DNA of 64,000 nt from NCBI GenBank assembly GCA_004022145.1, contig RCNU01000013.1. One strand, 5' to 3'. This DNA is from Paecilomyces variotii (lineage: Eukaryota). The notes under the pieces are model-generated. The model was not told where the DNA came from and did no database searches. It saw only the letters and a program-made list of their open reading frames with translations. Position 1 is the first letter of the stretch. Every line of letters begins with the position of its first letter. Both the position numbers and the translations under genes were made by a program. Below, piece after piece: positions 61,694 through 64,000 of the stretch.

Positions 61694-63296
61694 TACAGCT
61701 CTTTCCAAGCAAGTACAATTCAAACAAATGATGGATAGCATGAATCATACTATTATTTTACCCGTAACAATTCATGAAATAATGCCTATGCGTGAATTTC
61801 AATGTACCCATAACCTCTGTTTCAAAGACTCAGAATTGCTCTGAAGCACTTCTATCGCCTTGGACGACAAAAAAGAGCTGTTAAGAGACATTTCCAGTAA
61901 AGGCCATATCTGAAGAGATTAAAGAAACCCAAGTAACAAGTACCTCGATTCAAGCCAGATAGGGACTAAACCCATTTCCTCGAAGAGCCTTCCGCGCGCG
62001 TCATCGACGTCTACAGCATGGTTGGCTATCTGGAGAAGACTCAAAAAGAGTAAGTATCTCAACTAACTAGCTAACCAATCATGTTTTAACTGCAAGATTC
62101 ACAGCATCAGAAAGCGGGGTTCTTCGACTTCGAATCTTTACACTTGAATGTACATACAGTACTTAGCTGTATTATTATTGCCTAATATTAATATATCTAT
62201 AGTACCCTTCACGCCCGTTAGATCTATTTAAAGTTCAACTGAACCCCCGCCCCTCTTTGGGTGGTAAATTATAATGAAATAGTATGTACATTATCAAGGC
62301 CTGGCGTGGCGATTCCAATACATTTACCATATTTCACAATACCCCGATCTCGGTGTAAGATATCGGGCATTTACGGCGATTTAAGCTTCTTGGGTTTTAA
62401 GTCTAATGAGGGGGGGAGCACGCAATTTGCTGGATACTATTGCCCCCGCAGGTAGTTTATCGTCTCGTCATCTGTCTTCCATCTAGTTACCCCTCCTTTC
62501 AATCTTGCTAGACGCTCTTGGGATATGAATCAGACTTGTCATGCTTTCATAAATGGGGCTGTGATAATTAACGGATGGATCTACAAGTGCGGAGTTCGTT
62601 GCGAGAGAACCCACCGGTGGCTGACGCGGATAGTCTTGATTGGGTCTAGATACCACTGGAGGGCGTGATTCACATCCTGCTGATAGCCGATAGTCGATTC
62701 AATAGTCCGCTATCCAGCTGATAACCTGAGACCAGAAGCTGGTCGGGTGACGTGATTGATCATTCAACTCAAGATAGATGGGAAGATTTCCAATCCTCGA
62801 TGACAGTACTGAGATTGTAGCTGCAGGCGTTCTCCCAAGCTCGCCTTATCTGCTCTCGGATGTATTGTAACTGATAAGATAGCAATGGAGAGCTCTCCGC
62901 AGCGGCTAAGCCGTCCAACGACAGAAATACTTTGTAGCTACAACGAAACTACGACAGCAATAAAATGGATAGATGATAGTCAAAATTCTGTTACCTGGCC
63001 GCCCCAGGGCTCGAAGGCTATAACACGAAAAATTCCAATATCCCAGTCTGTCACAAACTAATACGATCTGTCTAGATCACTCCTCAAGTGGTGGGAGTAG
63101 GCAAAGGAGCACATGTGCCAACTTAATGCTAGAACCGAAAAGCAACACATACAGAGGCCGATTCAACCGATGAACCTAGGGCTCAGAGACGTCAAATGGG
63201 GAAAAACAAAAAGAAATATGGATAACCTGCGCCGCGTGTCTATTCTGCTGCCATTCCCATGCACCAGCACCTATATAGTGTCCGATCGTGATAAGC

Positions 63297-64000
63297 TTAA
63301 GAATCATTGAGTTTACACAACGACAGCGTCCTTGATCTCGCTGTAGATGGCGCCGAGTTCCTCAGTGAACTTCTCAGCCTTGTCCATGATACCGGTGAGC
63401 TTCTCCTCGAAGGTAGCGACCTTGTATCCACCCTTGGCAACAATCTCAGTGTAGTTGGCAGAGCCACCACCGTTCCAGGCGAGGACCTGATTAAGGTTGT
63501 TAGCAAGATGAACAGATCAGGAAATGGGAACCGTTTTAACTTACGTTGGCAGTGTCGGACGGGACGTCAGAAAGAGCACCCTCGGTAGCAACGGAGATCA
63601 GAGTCTTCTTCAGCTTCTCCGGGGTGATGTCGGCCACAGCGAAGGCAGAGTCCTTCGAGGGCTGGAGGGAGAGGAAGTAGGCCAGCAGACCAGCAATGTG
63701 GGGAGAGGCCATAGAGGTTCCGGAGATAGTGTTGACGGCATACTTGCTGCCGATCCAGGTGGAGAGAATGTTAAGACCGGGAGCGAAGATATCGTTGCAC
63801 TTTCCGTAATTGGAGAAGTAAGCACGCTCATCCGCGAGGGTGGAAGCACCGACGGTGACAGCCTTCTCAGCGGCAGCAGGAGAGTAGTTGCAGGAGTCGG
63901 CATTGTCGTTACCAGCAGCGACAGCGAAGTGAATACCAGCGTCCACAGCAGCGTTCACAGCCAAGTCGAGAGTAACAGACTTGCCGCCACCCAGACTCAT
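63297..64000 (-). CDS. alp2: Vacuolar subtilisin-like serine protease (Alp2/PepC/proteinase B type), 3' portion
   Basis: MSLGGGKS, VAAGNDNADSCNYSPA, RAYFSNYG, DIFAPG, catalytic Ser motif GTSMASPH, then an intron (~63488-63545) and C-terminal extension LAWNGGG typical of vacuolar subtilisins; runs off the window end. Confidence 0.92.

Noticed and set aside
1-64000. tRNA, rRNA, CRISPR arrays or prokaryotic operons
   Set aside because: None seen; the window is intron-containing fungal genomic DNA.

Overview
Eukaryotic, intron-rich DNA from a filamentous ascomycete (Eurotiales/Aspergillus-like, judged from gene content and GT..CTRAC..YAG introns). A housekeeping backbone (WSC cell-wall sensor, DUF3445 protein, PRP38, SPT8, Hrr1/ZNFX1-like helicase, Ybt1-like ABCC transporter, Cdc34-like E2, vacuolar subtilisin) is interrupted by two accessory-looking blocks. 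Block 1 (~28.6-45 kb) holds a candidate non-canonical terpenoid biosynthetic gene cluster. Its core is a UbiA-type membrane terpene cyclase/prenyltransferase (Fma-TC-like motifs), with a secreted BBE-like FAD oxidase, a P450, a SAM methyltransferase, a Pth11-like membrane protein and an alpha/beta hydrolase. The promoters of these six genes share an exact 8-mer, TGGGGGCC (6 copies). The block is flanked by an APH-like kinase, an intronless bacterial-type xylose-isomerase-like gene and a DUF1446/AtuA gene. Block 2 (~54.8-61.7 kb) is a divergent DAL5-type MFS permease / 5-oxoprolinase-family pair with a GATA-rich shared promoter. Also present: a decayed Mutator (MULE) transposase, a probably domesticated MULE-derived gene, and a frame-preserving candidate cassette exon in the WSC sensor. 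All calls come from manual motif reading; no database searches were run.
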